From Desulfocapsa sulfexigens DSM 10523 (lineage in GTDB: Bacteria; Desulfobacterota; Desulfobulbia; Desulfobulbales; Desulfocapsaceae): a DNA stretch of 32,000 bases. The position numbers and the translations under genes were made by a program. Positions 1 through 9,431 of the stretch are shown piece by piece; positions within the stretch are counted from its first letter, which is position 1, and every line of letters starts with the position of its first letter. The notes under the pieces are model-generated. The model did no database searches. It saw only the letters and a program-made list of their open reading frames with translations, and was not told the origin of the DNA. The DNA lies in the NCBI RefSeq assembly GCF_000341395.1, contig NC_020304.1, positions 3,870,001 through 3,902,000 of the forward strand, written 5' to 3'.

Positions 1-121
1 TTTTCATATAAATTTGGACATACTGCTTTCTCACTGCAAAAGAAGGATAGCATAAAAGTAAGAATGATGTCTAGGAGCTTGTAAAATATCAGAAACTTTT
101 AATGGAAAAAGGCCACTGCAG

Positions 122-160
122 AGGAAAAAAATTGGCAGGAGGGTGGATTCCTCTCCTGCC
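122..160 (-). terminator. Rho-independent terminator downstream of the CoA-disulfide reductase-like gene
   Basis: Inverted repeat GGCAGGAG (134-141) / CTCCTGCC (153-160). Read on the minus strand it is followed by AATTTTTTT. It lies just after the stop of the minus-strand CDS ending at 184. Confidence 0.85.
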
Positions 161-183
161 GGAATATGAAAAGACAACTTTTT

Positions 184-1926
184 TTATTTACCGGGATACC
201 AGTCTATACCCATACGACGCAACATGTTGAATCCACCACTCAGCACCAGAGTCTGGTCAACACCAACACTCTTCAAAAAGCTCTGGATCTCAAAGGATCG
301 TGTCCCTGCATCACAGAGGATAATAAGTTTTTTATCCAAAGGCAGCTCTTTAAAACGTTTTCGGATTTCATTATAAGGTATGGCACACCACTTATCGACT
401 CCAAATTTTTCAACACAGGGTCCCGCTTCTATCGGGTGCCTGATATCAAGTGCGATCCAATCGGGCTGAGTTGAGAAATCATCCATCCAGACAAGGAAAG
501 ACTCAAGGGTTGTTTTGTGAAGACGCCCGTCGCAAAGATTATCTGCAACATAGGCTATGGCATTTATAGAATCTATTGCTGCTGAGAATGGTGGCGCATA
601 GGCCATTTCGAGGGTTCCAAAATCGTCAATGGTTGCCCCCATGGAGATATATGCGGCAGCCGCATCAATCCGTGCTGAGATACCGTCACCCATAGGACCG
701 AATCCCTGAAGACCTAAAACTTTTCGGGTTCTGCGATCAAACACCATCTGGAAACAGACTATGGATTCAGTTGGAAAAAAATGAGCGCGATCAGATGGTG
801 CAGTGAGTGCAACGTCAGCATCAAAACCCTCTGCCAGGGCAACTTCAAGACTCAGCCCGGTAGCACCGATACACACATCGAAGGCCTTCATAATAAAACT
901 TCCAACGGCTCCCTTAAACTTTGAAGGAATACCCGCCATATTATCCCCAGCTACGCGTCCTTCCTTATTGGCAAGAGATCCAAGGGGAGCGTAGAATTTT
1001 TTCCCAGAAACAAGGTGCATTACCTCAATACAGTCACCAGCAGCATAAATGGAAGGATCTGAGGTCTGCATACGTTCATTGACAACAATTGCTCCCATGG
1101 GGGAAGTTTGCAGGCCCGCCTCCACGGCGATCTCGGTACGTGGCCGCACCCCAGCTGCCATAATCACAATATCCGCCTCCAGGGTACGCTTTGCAGTGCG
1201 CAGTCCTGTTACTTTACCATTTTCACCGACGATCTCCGTTGCCCCCTCACCGAGGAAAATATCCACATCGTTGTCACGCATGTGTTTAGTAAGCATGGAG
1301 GCCATTGGCGAATCAACAATTCGAGGCAGAACCTGAGGCATAAATTCAACAACTGAAGTCTCAACTCCCCAGAGATCTTTAAAAGCCTCGGCCATCTCAA
1401 GACCGATTGCGCCACCACCGATAACCACTGCTTTACCAACCTTCCCCTTGGCTATACGGTCTTTAATTTCGATGGCCTTGTGCAAATCGGAAATTGTAAA
1501 AACGCCATCAAGATCGGCTCCAGGGATTGGTAAAACAAAAGGACGGGAACCGGTAGCAATCATCAGGGTGTCATAGGGAATATCCTCTTCCGCACCACTT
1601 GCAACATTCTGTACTTTCACCGTTTTATTCTGGCGGTTGATAGCCGTGGCCCTGGTACCACTTTTAACAAGAACGCCCTTTGCATCCTCAAAAAAATCTT
1701 CGTTTCGGACCATATGGAAGCTGGTGGAACGCAGTTCTGCCTCATCGGAAACGTCTCCTGAGACATAGTAGGGAATGCCACAGCCACCGTAGGAAAACAG
1801 GGTATCCTGATCGATGATGGTAACCTCGGCATCCTGCATCAGTCGTTTCACACGACATGCAGCTTTAGGGCCCGCTGCTACGCCACCCACGATTACAATT
1901 TTTGCTCCCATTTCAAAATCCTCCAA
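184..1926 (-). CDS. FAD/NAD(P)-dependent pyridine nucleotide-disulfide oxidoreductase with C-terminal rhodanese domain (CoA-disulfide reductase / CoA-persulfide reductase-like fusion)
   Basis: N-terminal KIVIVGGVAAGPKAACR FAD-binding motif, FSYGGCGIPYY redox-Cys motif, AVVIGGGAIGLEMAEAF NAD-binding motif, YAAGDC motif. C-terminal rhodanese with CDAGTRS active-site loop. The start may be at the internal MGAKI. Confidence 0.88.
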   Translation of the reverse strand: MEDFEMGAKIVIVGGVAAGPKAACRVKRLMQDAEVTIIDQDTLFSYGGCGIPYYVSGDVSDEAELRSTSFHMVRNEDFFEDAKGVLVKSGTRATAINRQNKTVKVQNVASGAEEDIPYDTLMIATGSRPFVLPIPGADLDGVFTISDLHKAIEIKDRIAKGKVGKAVVIGGGAIGLEMAEAFKDLWGVETSVVEFMPQVLPRIVDSPMASMLTKHMRDNDVDIFLGEGATEIVGENGKVTGLRTAKRTLEADIVIMAAGVRPRTEIAVEAGLQTSPMGAIVVNERMQTSDPSIYAAGDCIEVMHLVSGKKFYAPLGSLANKEGRVAGDNMAGIPSKFKGAVGSFIMKAFDVCIGATGLSLEVALAEGFDADVALTAPSDRAHFFPTESIVCFQMVFDRRTRKVLGLQGFGPMGDGISARIDAAAAYISMGATIDDFGTLEMAYAPPFSAAIDSINAIAYVADNLCDGRLHKTTLESFLVWMDDFSTQPDWIALDIRHPIEAGPCVEKFGVDKWCAIPYNEIRKRFKELPLDKKLIILCDAGTRSFEIQSFLKSVGVDQTLVLSGGFNMLRRMGIDWYPGK

Positions 1927-2029
1927 ATATAGAAATACATCTTACGCAATGGTATTTAACGAAAAAACGATATGGACAAATGAACAATAAAACAGGGTAA
2001 ATTACAAGCAGAAAAAGGACGAATAAGGG

Positions 2030-2830
2030 TTACTTGACACTGATGAGACAATCAAGCACGAGACGCTGCCGATCATCAAAAAGTCGACGGCTGATCAGCC
2101 AGATGGCGGCAAGTACACCAAAACCAGTTCCCGCAGCTATAAGAAACATGATTAGAATCTGATACTTCACTGCATCCAGAGGGCTTGAGCCACCAAGAAT
2201 CTGACCCGTCATCATACCAGGAAGGCTTACAATACCAGCTGCAGCCATGGAATTAATGATGGGAATCATACCGGTACGCATGCAATCACGCCGTATATCT
2301 CCGCTGGCCTCCTGCCAGCTCTGGCCGAGAAGAAGACGCTGCTCTATCACACCACGCTGATCATACATCCCGGTGGTCAATCGATCGGAAGCAATGGCAA
2401 CGCCATTCATAGTATTGCCAAGGAGCATGCCAAGCATTGGGATAGCATATTGAGGAGTATACCAGGGATCAACGCCAACCATAACGGTCAATGCAAGAAA
2501 GGTTACTGTAAAAGAAGAGACCAGCATGGAACCGGTACTGATGAGATATCCCGTGCTGCCGCGCAGCTTTCGCTTTTGCCTGGCCCGTACTTCATATCCC
2601 GCGACAAGGAGCATAAAGATCGACATAAACCCTACCGGAATAAAGCCTTCACTTGCAAAGAGGAGTTTAAGAACCATACCGACAAGTAGCAACTGTACGG
2701 TCATTCGGATTCCTGAAATAACAATCCGTCTTTCAAGGCCAAGCCCGATACGAAGGGATGTTGCAGCAAGTATCAACAACAGAGAGGCAGCTAAAGAGAG
2801 ATCAAAAGTGCTCAGCGATATCACGTTCAT
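2030..2830 (-). CDS. fetB: FetB/YbbM (UPF0014) family ABC transporter permease
   Basis: Multi-spanning hydrophobic protein with RMTVQLLLVGMVLKLLF and MLLGNTMNGVAIASDR segments. ATG overlaps the end of the upstream ATPase gene. Confidence 0.8.
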   Translation of the reverse strand: MNVISLSTFDLSLAASLLLILAATSLRIGLGLERRIVISGIRMTVQLLLVGMVLKLLFASEGFIPVGFMSIFMLLVAGYEVRARQKRKLRGSTGYLISTGSMLVSSFTVTFLALTVMVGVDPWYTPQYAIPMLGMLLGNTMNGVAIASDRLTTGMYDQRGVIEQRLLLGQSWQEASGDIRRDCMRTGMIPIINSMAAAGIVSLPGMMTGQILGGSSPLDAVKYQILIMFLIAAGTGFGVLAAIWLISRRLFDDRQRLVLDCLISVK

Positions 2831-3489
2831 TCCCGGTTCTCCTTAACAAGACCTGTCGTTTCAACAGTGCAGACTGTGTCTGCCACACGAAAGAGCTGAT
2901 CGCGGTCGTGGCTCACCCATATACAGCTTATCTGCCTGTGAAAACGAATATCGGCAACAATCTCCTCCACCACGGCAACCATTTTTTTATCAAGGGCCGA
3001 TGTCGGCTCATCGAGCAGCAGGACACGGGGTCTGTTTATCAGAGTACGAATAAGTGAAAGCCGCTGCCGCTCACCCGTTGACAACCTGCTGACCTGCCAT
3101 TCCATAACATCCTGAGAGAAGCCTAATCTTTCCATCAGATCCTTGAATTCAGGGTCTAACAAGCCACCGTTAAAATGCGCCCCGACACTATCGTACCACC
3201 AGAAAGATTCTGCCGGGAGCATGGCCACCATTTTCCTCCAGATTGGGGGAGAGACTGAAGAACAGACATCAGCATTAAGGATGCATTCACCGTCATGGGG
3301 AATCACATCAGCCACTGCCCTCAGTAGTTGTGTCTTGCCAACTCCTGATTTGCCAGTCAATCCGAGACATCCTCCAGGAATCACAGTGATGGAGTATGGC
3401 CCATTACCGAGAAATGAAAGATTCGAAAGTCGTAACCCCTGCCCTGGAAATTTTTCAAGGGAGGGTGATTGTAAAGGTGCTGCCTTCAT
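2827..3489 (-). CDS. fetA: FetA/YbbL-like ABC transporter ATP-binding protein
   Basis: Walker A GKSGVGKTQLL, signature LSTGERQRLSLIRT, Walker B VLLLDEPTSALD. Adjacent to the FetB-like permease. Confidence 0.8.
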   Translation of the reverse strand: MKAAPLQSPSLEKFPGQGLRLSNLSFLGNGPYSITVIPGGCLGLTGKSGVGKTQLLRAVADVIPHDGECILNADVCSSVSPPIWRKMVAMLPAESFWWYDSVGAHFNGGLLDPEFKDLMERLGFSQDVMEWQVSRLSTGERQRLSLIRTLINRPRVLLLDEPTSALDKKMVAVVEEIVADIRFHRQISCIWVSHDRDQLFRVADTVCTVETTGLVKENRE

Positions 3490-4888
3490 TTTCTTTTGAG
3501 CTCACTGATATTGTTCCATGATGCTGTTCAATGATATTCCTGGTAATGGCAAGACCGAGTCCGGTCCCCCTGTTCTTATCGGTAAAGAAAGGTTTGAAAA
3601 TTTGTGCATTTTTTTCTTCACTCATCCCCACACCACTATCCTGAATTGTAATACAAACTGACCCATCGGATACCTGGACACCGGTGCTTACACGTAAGAA
3701 TCCTCCCTCCGGCATCGCTTGAATAGCGTTCACAAGAATATTGAGCAGGGCACGATAAAAATGATCCGGGTCTATGGTAATACGACCAACGGTTGGAGAA
3801 AATTCTGTTTCAAGAATAATATTATTTTCAGAAAGTTCAGGCTTGATAAATTGCAGGGCCTGAGAAATTAAATTATTAATATCAACCGGAGAAAGTTTCA
3901 CTTTCTGAGGCCTTGCAAAATCAAGAAACTCGAGCACAATATTGTTGAGTCGTGTAGTTTCAGCTATTATAATCTCGGCAAGATTTTCATTTCCAGGGGC
4001 TACTTTCCTGATCCTCTTTGCAAGAATCTCAGCAGTGGAGCGTACGATCCCAAGAGGACTCTTTATCTCGTGGGAAACCGTTGCCACCATGGTTCCAAGA
4101 TGGGCAAGTCTCTGTGCATCACTCAGTTTTTGTTCCAGACTTAAGCGTTCACGAACTCGTTTTTCCATGATTTTACCGGCTCTGCTGACAATGATCAACA
4201 AAACCAGAAAGAGAATAAACATGACCAGTGAAGAGACAAAAATAATACGTCCCTGAAGCCGGACAATGGCTGTATAATCAACGGAAAGATCCTGGGTTAT
4301 TTCGAGAACTCCCATAATCTGTCCGTCACCACTTGCATCGTCTCGAACCTGACGGAATGGTATAAACGTCTTAAGAAGGCAATGGGCATCCTGAATTCCT
4401 GGAAGCAGGCTCAAGATACTACCACTTGAAACTATCTGAGAATTGGCAACACCAAGTAATGCCTTTTCATATTCAAGCCCTCCGATGTTTTTTCTCCCTA
4501 TCAGTTCTTCATTCGTGGAATATGAAATGATGTTAACGTTGGAGTCATAAATCGTTACCGTTTCCATCTTCATACTGGCAGTAACATTACGGACAATAAG
4601 GTCAAGCCTTTGGAACTGTTCAGGATTTGAAAGTGCTATTGTGCCATAACGGATAACCGTTGGCAGCACAAATCCCCTGAACACCTGCTGATTGAGATTT
4701 TCTGCAAGAAGCAGCGAATAAGCCTCACTTTGATCCAACATCACAGTACGGGCATGTTTTGAGATAAACCAGGAGAGAAAGAGGGTAAAAATTAAAATAA
4801 CTCCAAGGCTGGTAAAAGAAAAATACTTCACCAGCTGAAAAGGCATGAGACCGGCACGAAGTTTTTCAAGCTGCTCAGGGTCATTCAT
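3455..4888 (-). CDS. Membrane-bound sensor histidine kinase
   Basis: N-terminal TM, extracytoplasmic region, second TM, H-box VSHEIKSPLG, N-box NILVNAIQAMPEGG, G-boxes DSGVGM and GTGLGLAI. The ORF track extends to 4987, but the internal Met at 4888 (MNDPEQLEKL) avoids overlap with the upstream radical SAM gene. Confidence 0.88.
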   Translation of the reverse strand: MNDPEQLEKLRAGLMPFQLVKYFSFTSLGVILIFTLFLSWFISKHARTVMLDQSEAYSLLLAENLNQQVFRGFVLPTVIRYGTIALSNPEQFQRLDLIVRNVTASMKMETVTIYDSNVNIISYSTNEELIGRKNIGGLEYEKALLGVANSQIVSSGSILSLLPGIQDAHCLLKTFIPFRQVRDDASGDGQIMGVLEITQDLSVDYTAIVRLQGRIIFVSSLVMFILFLVLLIIVSRAGKIMEKRVRERLSLEQKLSDAQRLAHLGTMVATVSHEIKSPLGIVRSTAEILAKRIRKVAPGNENLAEIIIAETTRLNNIVLEFLDFARPQKVKLSPVDINNLISQALQFIKPELSENNIILETEFSPTVGRITIDPDHFYRALLNILVNAIQAMPEGGFLRVSTGVQVSDGSVCITIQDSGVGMSEEKNAQIFKPFFTDKNRGTGLGLAITRNIIEQHHGTISVSSKENEGSTFTITLP

Positions 4889-4919
4889 GGATGAAACCTG
4901 GGAAGATTGTCTCTCGTCT

Positions 4920-6707
4920 TCAGTCACCACACACCCCGCAGCGTCTGCAGACAGTCGTATCGCAGGGGGCAGTCGTCTTTGCCGCAAATCCTTTCTGATA
5001 CTCCTTCCACAGATAGTCCTGTTTAATTGAATGATCCACTATATTCCAGGGAAAATAATCACCCGCGCCGTACTGGTGAACAGCAAAAAATTCAGGAGTC
5101 AGTCCCTCCTGGCGCATTGCCTGCTTCCATGGTTTGCCGGTTTTTGCCATTTTGGCAAGCACCATCGCAAGGCGCCGGTCACCTCTTGCAAGTACCGCCT
5201 GGAATAGGACATTATCGGGCTTGTCATTATTCATACGGACATTTGCTTCTGAGGATATCCCTTTTTTCAGGAAGTCGATCTTGGCCTTCAGGGATTTAAC
5301 AACATGGGTGGCAAGCCCATCGTTATGGATTTCAAGCTGTTCCCCACCAAAAGGGTGGAACTGAAATGGTGTCCATGGCTTGGGGGCAAAACAATTCACC
5401 GACAGGCTGATTTCACACAATCTACCTCTGGCTTTACCAAAGGGAAGCATCCGTTCCCGTATCTTGCCTATCAGATCGAGCATTTCCTCCAGGTCTTCGG
5501 AGGTCTCGGTTGGAAGCCCAATCATAAAATAGAGTTTCAACTTATACAAACCAACATCTGCAAGACGTTCAACAGCTACAAGTATATCTTCCTCGGTGAG
5601 ATTTTTATTAATGACTCTGCGCAGTCGTTCGGAGGCGCCATCCGGTGCAATGGCCACACTTTTCAAACCACTGCTACCAAGCAAGGTTAAAAGCGGCCCG
5701 GAAATCCTATCCGCCCGGAGTGATGAAAACGACAGGGAACAACCGCTGTCAAGCAGGTATGATGAAAGCATTTCAAGCTCATCCTGATCAGCCATTTCCA
5801 TTCCCAGTAGCCCAATCCGGTGCACATTTGCATTACGTTCTTCAAGTCCTGCAACCACAGCATCAGCATCCCACAACCTTGGTGGTCTGTATATGAACCC
5901 TGCAGCACAGAATCGGCAACCTCGGGAACAGCCTCTTCCCAGTTCCGTTACATACAAATTTGAAAATTCTGCCTCAGGACTGAGGATTTGAGAATGGGCA
6001 GCTTTAGTGACAGTTGACACGACAACCTTGGTAACTCGTTCTGGAATTCCAGGAGCTGGAGTAGTGCCAGTCTGTCTTCCTGTCACATCATCGTAAACGG
6101 GAGTATACAAAGAGGGGACATAGGCTCCGTCAATTTTATGCTGAATCTGAAACAAAATCTCGGACCTGCTCAGGCTGTCAAGAGTACTACCAAACAAAGA
6201 AAGAAGAGGCGACAGCATACCCTCTGCCTCCCCTAAAAGGAAAAGATCGGTAAAGGGTGCAAGAGGTTCCGGGTTCATAAAGGTGGCCACCCCGCCACCA
6301 ATGACCAGAGGACTTGCTGGGGTAACAGCACCATCACTTCGATCTTCTGCCAGAAGAGGCACTCCACCGGCTAGCAGCAGGCGTGCAATATTTACATAAT
6401 CATGTTCAAAGCTGATGGAATAAAAAAGGAGTGAAAATTCGGAAAGCGATCGGCCCGATTCAAAAGAACGGAGGGATGAATGATTATCTTCTGGCAGAAA
6501 AAAGCGTTCACAAACCAAATCATCATGGTCATTCAGTAAGGAATAGACCAGTTGAAAACCAAGGCTGGATACCCCTACCCCATACCTGTTCGGGTACAGA
6601 AGAGCTACGGGAAGTCGCCCGGTCCATTTCTTGAGATAGGTGCCGCTTTCCTGATCCTGCAATCTGGTGTTGTCGGCACCTTGTTTTTTCTGCTTTCCCC
6701 TGCCCAA
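4920..6707 (-). CDS. B12-binding-like radical SAM protein (TIGR03960-like)
   Basis: Radical SAM cysteine motif CSRGCRFC, N-terminal VALLYPNRYGVGVSSLGFQLVYSLLN, and terminal Cys cluster CDTTVCRRCGVCG. TTG start in the track, exact start uncertain. Confidence 0.8.
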   Translation of the reverse strand: MGRGKQKKQGADNTRLQDQESGTYLKKWTGRLPVALLYPNRYGVGVSSLGFQLVYSLLNDHDDLVCERFFLPEDNHSSLRSFESGRSLSEFSLLFYSISFEHDYVNIARLLLAGGVPLLAEDRSDGAVTPASPLVIGGGVATFMNPEPLAPFTDLFLLGEAEGMLSPLLSLFGSTLDSLSRSEILFQIQHKIDGAYVPSLYTPVYDDVTGRQTGTTPAPGIPERVTKVVVSTVTKAAHSQILSPEAEFSNLYVTELGRGCSRGCRFCAAGFIYRPPRLWDADAVVAGLEERNANVHRIGLLGMEMADQDELEMLSSYLLDSGCSLSFSSLRADRISGPLLTLLGSSGLKSVAIAPDGASERLRRVINKNLTEEDILVAVERLADVGLYKLKLYFMIGLPTETSEDLEEMLDLIGKIRERMLPFGKARGRLCEISLSVNCFAPKPWTPFQFHPFGGEQLEIHNDGLATHVVKSLKAKIDFLKKGISSEANVRMNNDKPDNVLFQAVLARGDRRLAMVLAKMAKTGKPWKQAMRQEGLTPEFFAVHQYGAGDYFPWNIVDHSIKQDYLWKEYQKGFAAKTTAPCDTTVCRRCGVCGD

Positions 6708-6804
6708 ATGAATTAGCCCCGGGTATATGGAATGAAAGCCGGGACAAGCACCCTCATGAACTTATTTCCTGCCGAAAAACACCAGGAAAATGTTTACTAC
6801 ACCA

Positions 6805-8037
6805 TTAATTGGCCTTTTTCCTGAGATACGTAGGAGTTTCCATATAGTCCTCATTCCAGGGTTTGTTCTCCTTGTTGGACTGCAACGGATCCCCTGAAGA
6901 AATACCATGATTCTCAAATCCGTTAAAATTTGATGATGGAAAAATGGAACTCCCTCTGCGCTGGTTTGGTGGCGCTGGAGTAGGATTCCCGGGACGCCCC
7001 TCGTTTTCATTAGCTGCCTGGATGCCACCGCTTTTTTCAGGAATGTTTACCTGAACAAGCTCTTTTTTCTTGGGTACTGATTCACCCACACCAGTGGCGA
7101 TAACGGTAACGTGCAGCTCATCCCCAAGCGCATCATCATACAGGGCACCAATAACAACCTTGGCTTCATCGTCAACCTTATCCTGGATAAGGGCAGATGC
7201 TTCCATAAACTCTGCCATTGTAAAAGACTCTTCTGATGCGGAAATATTTATAAGCAATCCACGTGCTCCATCAATACCGACATCTTCCAGAAGTTGATTA
7301 TCAATGGCACGGTTTGCAGCCTCAGTGGCACGATTTTCGCCAACCGCAGAACCACTGCCCATAATAGCAGGACCAACCTCGCGCATAACTGTTCGCAAGT
7401 CAGCAAAATCAGCATTCATAAGTCCTGGAACGTTTATCAGATCGGTAATTCCCTTAACTGCCTGCAACAGAACCTTGTCGGCCATGCTCAGCATATCTGA
7501 AAGTTTGGAATTTTTCTGCATAAGAGACAGCAGACGATCATTGGGCACAGTGATAATTGTATCGGCATACTTGCGCAGTTGTTCCCAGCCCTGCTCCGCG
7601 TTGCGCATACGAAATTTACCTTCAAAATGGAAGGGCTTCGTTACAACAGCGACGGTTAATGCGCCCATCTCTCTGGCTATTTTTGCAACAATCGGAGCGG
7701 CGCCCGTACCGGTTCCACCGCCTAGTCCTGCTGCAACAAAAACCATATCGGCACCCTTGAGGCTCTTTGTCAGCTCATCAATGGACTCCAAAGCAGACTG
7801 TTCCCCGGTCTCGGGATCTGCACCTGCTCCAAGTCCCTTGGTGATTCCAGGTCCTATCTGCAGGCACACATCGGCACAGGATTGATCAAGTGCCTGCTTA
7901 TCAGTGTTTGCTGTTATAAACTCAACACCCTGGAGTCGATGTTCAACCATGGTATTGATAGCATTTCCTCCGCCACCGCCAACACCAATGACCTTAACTA
8001 CTGCAACACCTTCTGTTTCCGCCATTCTAAACGGCAT
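6805..8037 (-). CDS. ftsZ: Cell division protein FtsZ
   Basis: Tubulin signature GGGTGTGAAP, N-terminal VVKVIGVGGGGGNAINTM, C-terminal conserved peptide ending TPTYLRKKAN. Start placed at MPFRMAETEG (8037) behind AGAGGAGATT; the ORF track extends to 8088. Confidence 0.98.
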   Translation of the reverse strand: MPFRMAETEGVAVVKVIGVGGGGGNAINTMVEHRLQGVEFITANTDKQALDQSCADVCLQIGPGITKGLGAGADPETGEQSALESIDELTKSLKGADMVFVAAGLGGGTGTGAAPIVAKIAREMGALTVAVVTKPFHFEGKFRMRNAEQGWEQLRKYADTIITVPNDRLLSLMQKNSKLSDMLSMADKVLLQAVKGITDLINVPGLMNADFADLRTVMREVGPAIMGSGSAVGENRATEAANRAIDNQLLEDVGIDGARGLLINISASEESFTMAEFMEASALIQDKVDDEAKVVIGALYDDALGDELHVTVIATGVGESVPKKKELVQVNIPEKSGGIQAANENEGRPGNPTPAPPNQRRGSSIFPSSNFNGFENHGISSGDPLQSNKENKPWNEDYMETPTYLRKKAN

Positions 8038-8160
8038 AATCTCTCCTCTGTTCACGAAAACAGCGACATCCAAATGCCACTTTTCCATAAAATTTAAACA
8101 AGCAAATCATAGCATTTACAGCCTGCCTCTGAAACCTATTTTTTCAAAATTCACAAAAAA

Positions 8161-9426
8161 TCACATTATTTTTCTGAGCCAGTCCTTCATTCGACCAACC
8201 ATTGAGCTGTCACTGTAACGTTTATCAACCTGGTGCTGACGACCATACATCACCAGGCCAACCCCAGTGGTGCACCGTGGCGTATTTACTTCGTTCACCT
8301 TTCCACCTATCTGCGCCGGATATCCAATCCGTACCGGAAGGTCAAAGATCTGCTCTGCAAGATCTGCAAGATTGGCAAGTAACGCTGTACCACCGGTGAT
8401 GACGATCCCACCATTTATTTTATTTTTCAAGCCGCAATTTATCAAATTCTGATTCACCATTTCCAGGATTTCAACCATTCTGGCCTGAACAATGTCAACC
8501 AGCACTTTCTGGGTCACTTTTCGTGGCTCACGATCACCAACAGTCGGGACATCTACAACATGATTGGGTTTTATCAGGGACGAAATGGCACAGCCAAAAT
8601 CTTCCTTTAAACGTTCCGCATCCTGCAAAGGCGTTCGCAAACCGACCGAGAGGTCATTGGTAAGATTGTGACCACCAAGGCCTATTTCACAGGTATGACG
8701 GATGGTTCCATCGCAAAACACGGCAAGGTCCGTAGTCCCACCGCCAATATCAAGCAATGCCACCCCCAACTCCATCTCATCGGGACTCAATGTGGCATGG
8801 GCCGAGGCAATAGATTCCAGTACCATATCGGCAACTTCGAGCCCTGCCTTGTTGCAGCAGGTGTATAAATTGTGAACTGCTCCCATATCAGCAGTCACAA
8901 TATGCACATTGGTAACCAGTCGAACTCCCGTCATCCCGATGGGATTCTGAATCCCGGTATGGTCATCCACCATATACTCCTGAGGAAGTACATGGATTAT
9001 CTGCTGATTTTCAGATATTTTAACAGTACGTGCCGCAACAATGACATCCTCGACGTCACTTTGTTTAATTTCACGACCGTTAATTGCTATGATTCCAGGG
9101 CTGTTAAAGCCTTTAATATGATTTCCGGCGATCCCTACATAAACAGTACGAAGATCACACCCTGCTGACTCCTCAGCCTGTTTCACCGCCTGACGGATCG
9201 ACTTGACCGTTGATTCAATATTAACAACCACTCCCTTCTTAAGACCAACCGAGGGAGCAGTGCCAATACCGATAATATCCACACTGCTCTCAAACACTTC
9301 TCCCACCACACAACAGATCTTGGTGGTTCCAATATCAAGCCCAACTACAAGATCTCCGGCTTCCCGTTCTTTTTCGTCTCGCTCAAGTTCCACCCCACCG
9401 ATCGCCTTCAGTTCAATCTCATCCAT
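8161..9426 (-). CDS. ftsA: Cell division protein FtsA
   Basis: Actin-like motifs VVGLDIGTTKICCVVGE, LDIGGGTTDLAVF, GGIVITGGTALL. Position between ftsQ and ftsZ. Confidence 0.97.
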   Translation of the reverse strand: MDEIELKAIGGVELERDEKEREAGDLVVGLDIGTTKICCVVGEVFESSVDIIGIGTAPSVGLKKGVVVNIESTVKSIRQAVKQAEESAGCDLRTVYVGIAGNHIKGFNSPGIIAINGREIKQSDVEDVIVAARTVKISENQQIIHVLPQEYMVDDHTGIQNPIGMTGVRLVTNVHIVTADMGAVHNLYTCCNKAGLEVADMVLESIASAHATLSPDEMELGVALLDIGGGTTDLAVFCDGTIRHTCEIGLGGHNLTNDLSVGLRTPLQDAERLKEDFGCAISSLIKPNHVVDVPTVGDREPRKVTQKVLVDIVQARMVEILEMVNQNLINCGLKNKINGGIVITGGTALLANLADLAEQIFDLPVRIGYPAQIGGKVNEVNTPRCTTGVGLVMYGRQHQVDKRYSDSSMVGRMKDWLRKIM

Positions 9427-9431
9427 TTTTT

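Noticed and set aside
166-474. 102-aa plus-strand ORF
   Set aside because: Entirely antisense to the well-supported reductase/rhodanese CDS and overlapping its terminator. The protein looks like a reverse-complement artefact.
6740-6795. Weak hairpin TTTCCTG...CAGGAAA downstream of ftsZ
   Set aside because: Imperfect context and no U-tract after it on the minus strand; probably chance.
7304-7885. 193-aa plus-strand ORF
   Set aside because: Antisense to ftsZ; low-complexity Ser/Pro/Ala-rich translation typical of opposite-strand reading of a conserved gene.
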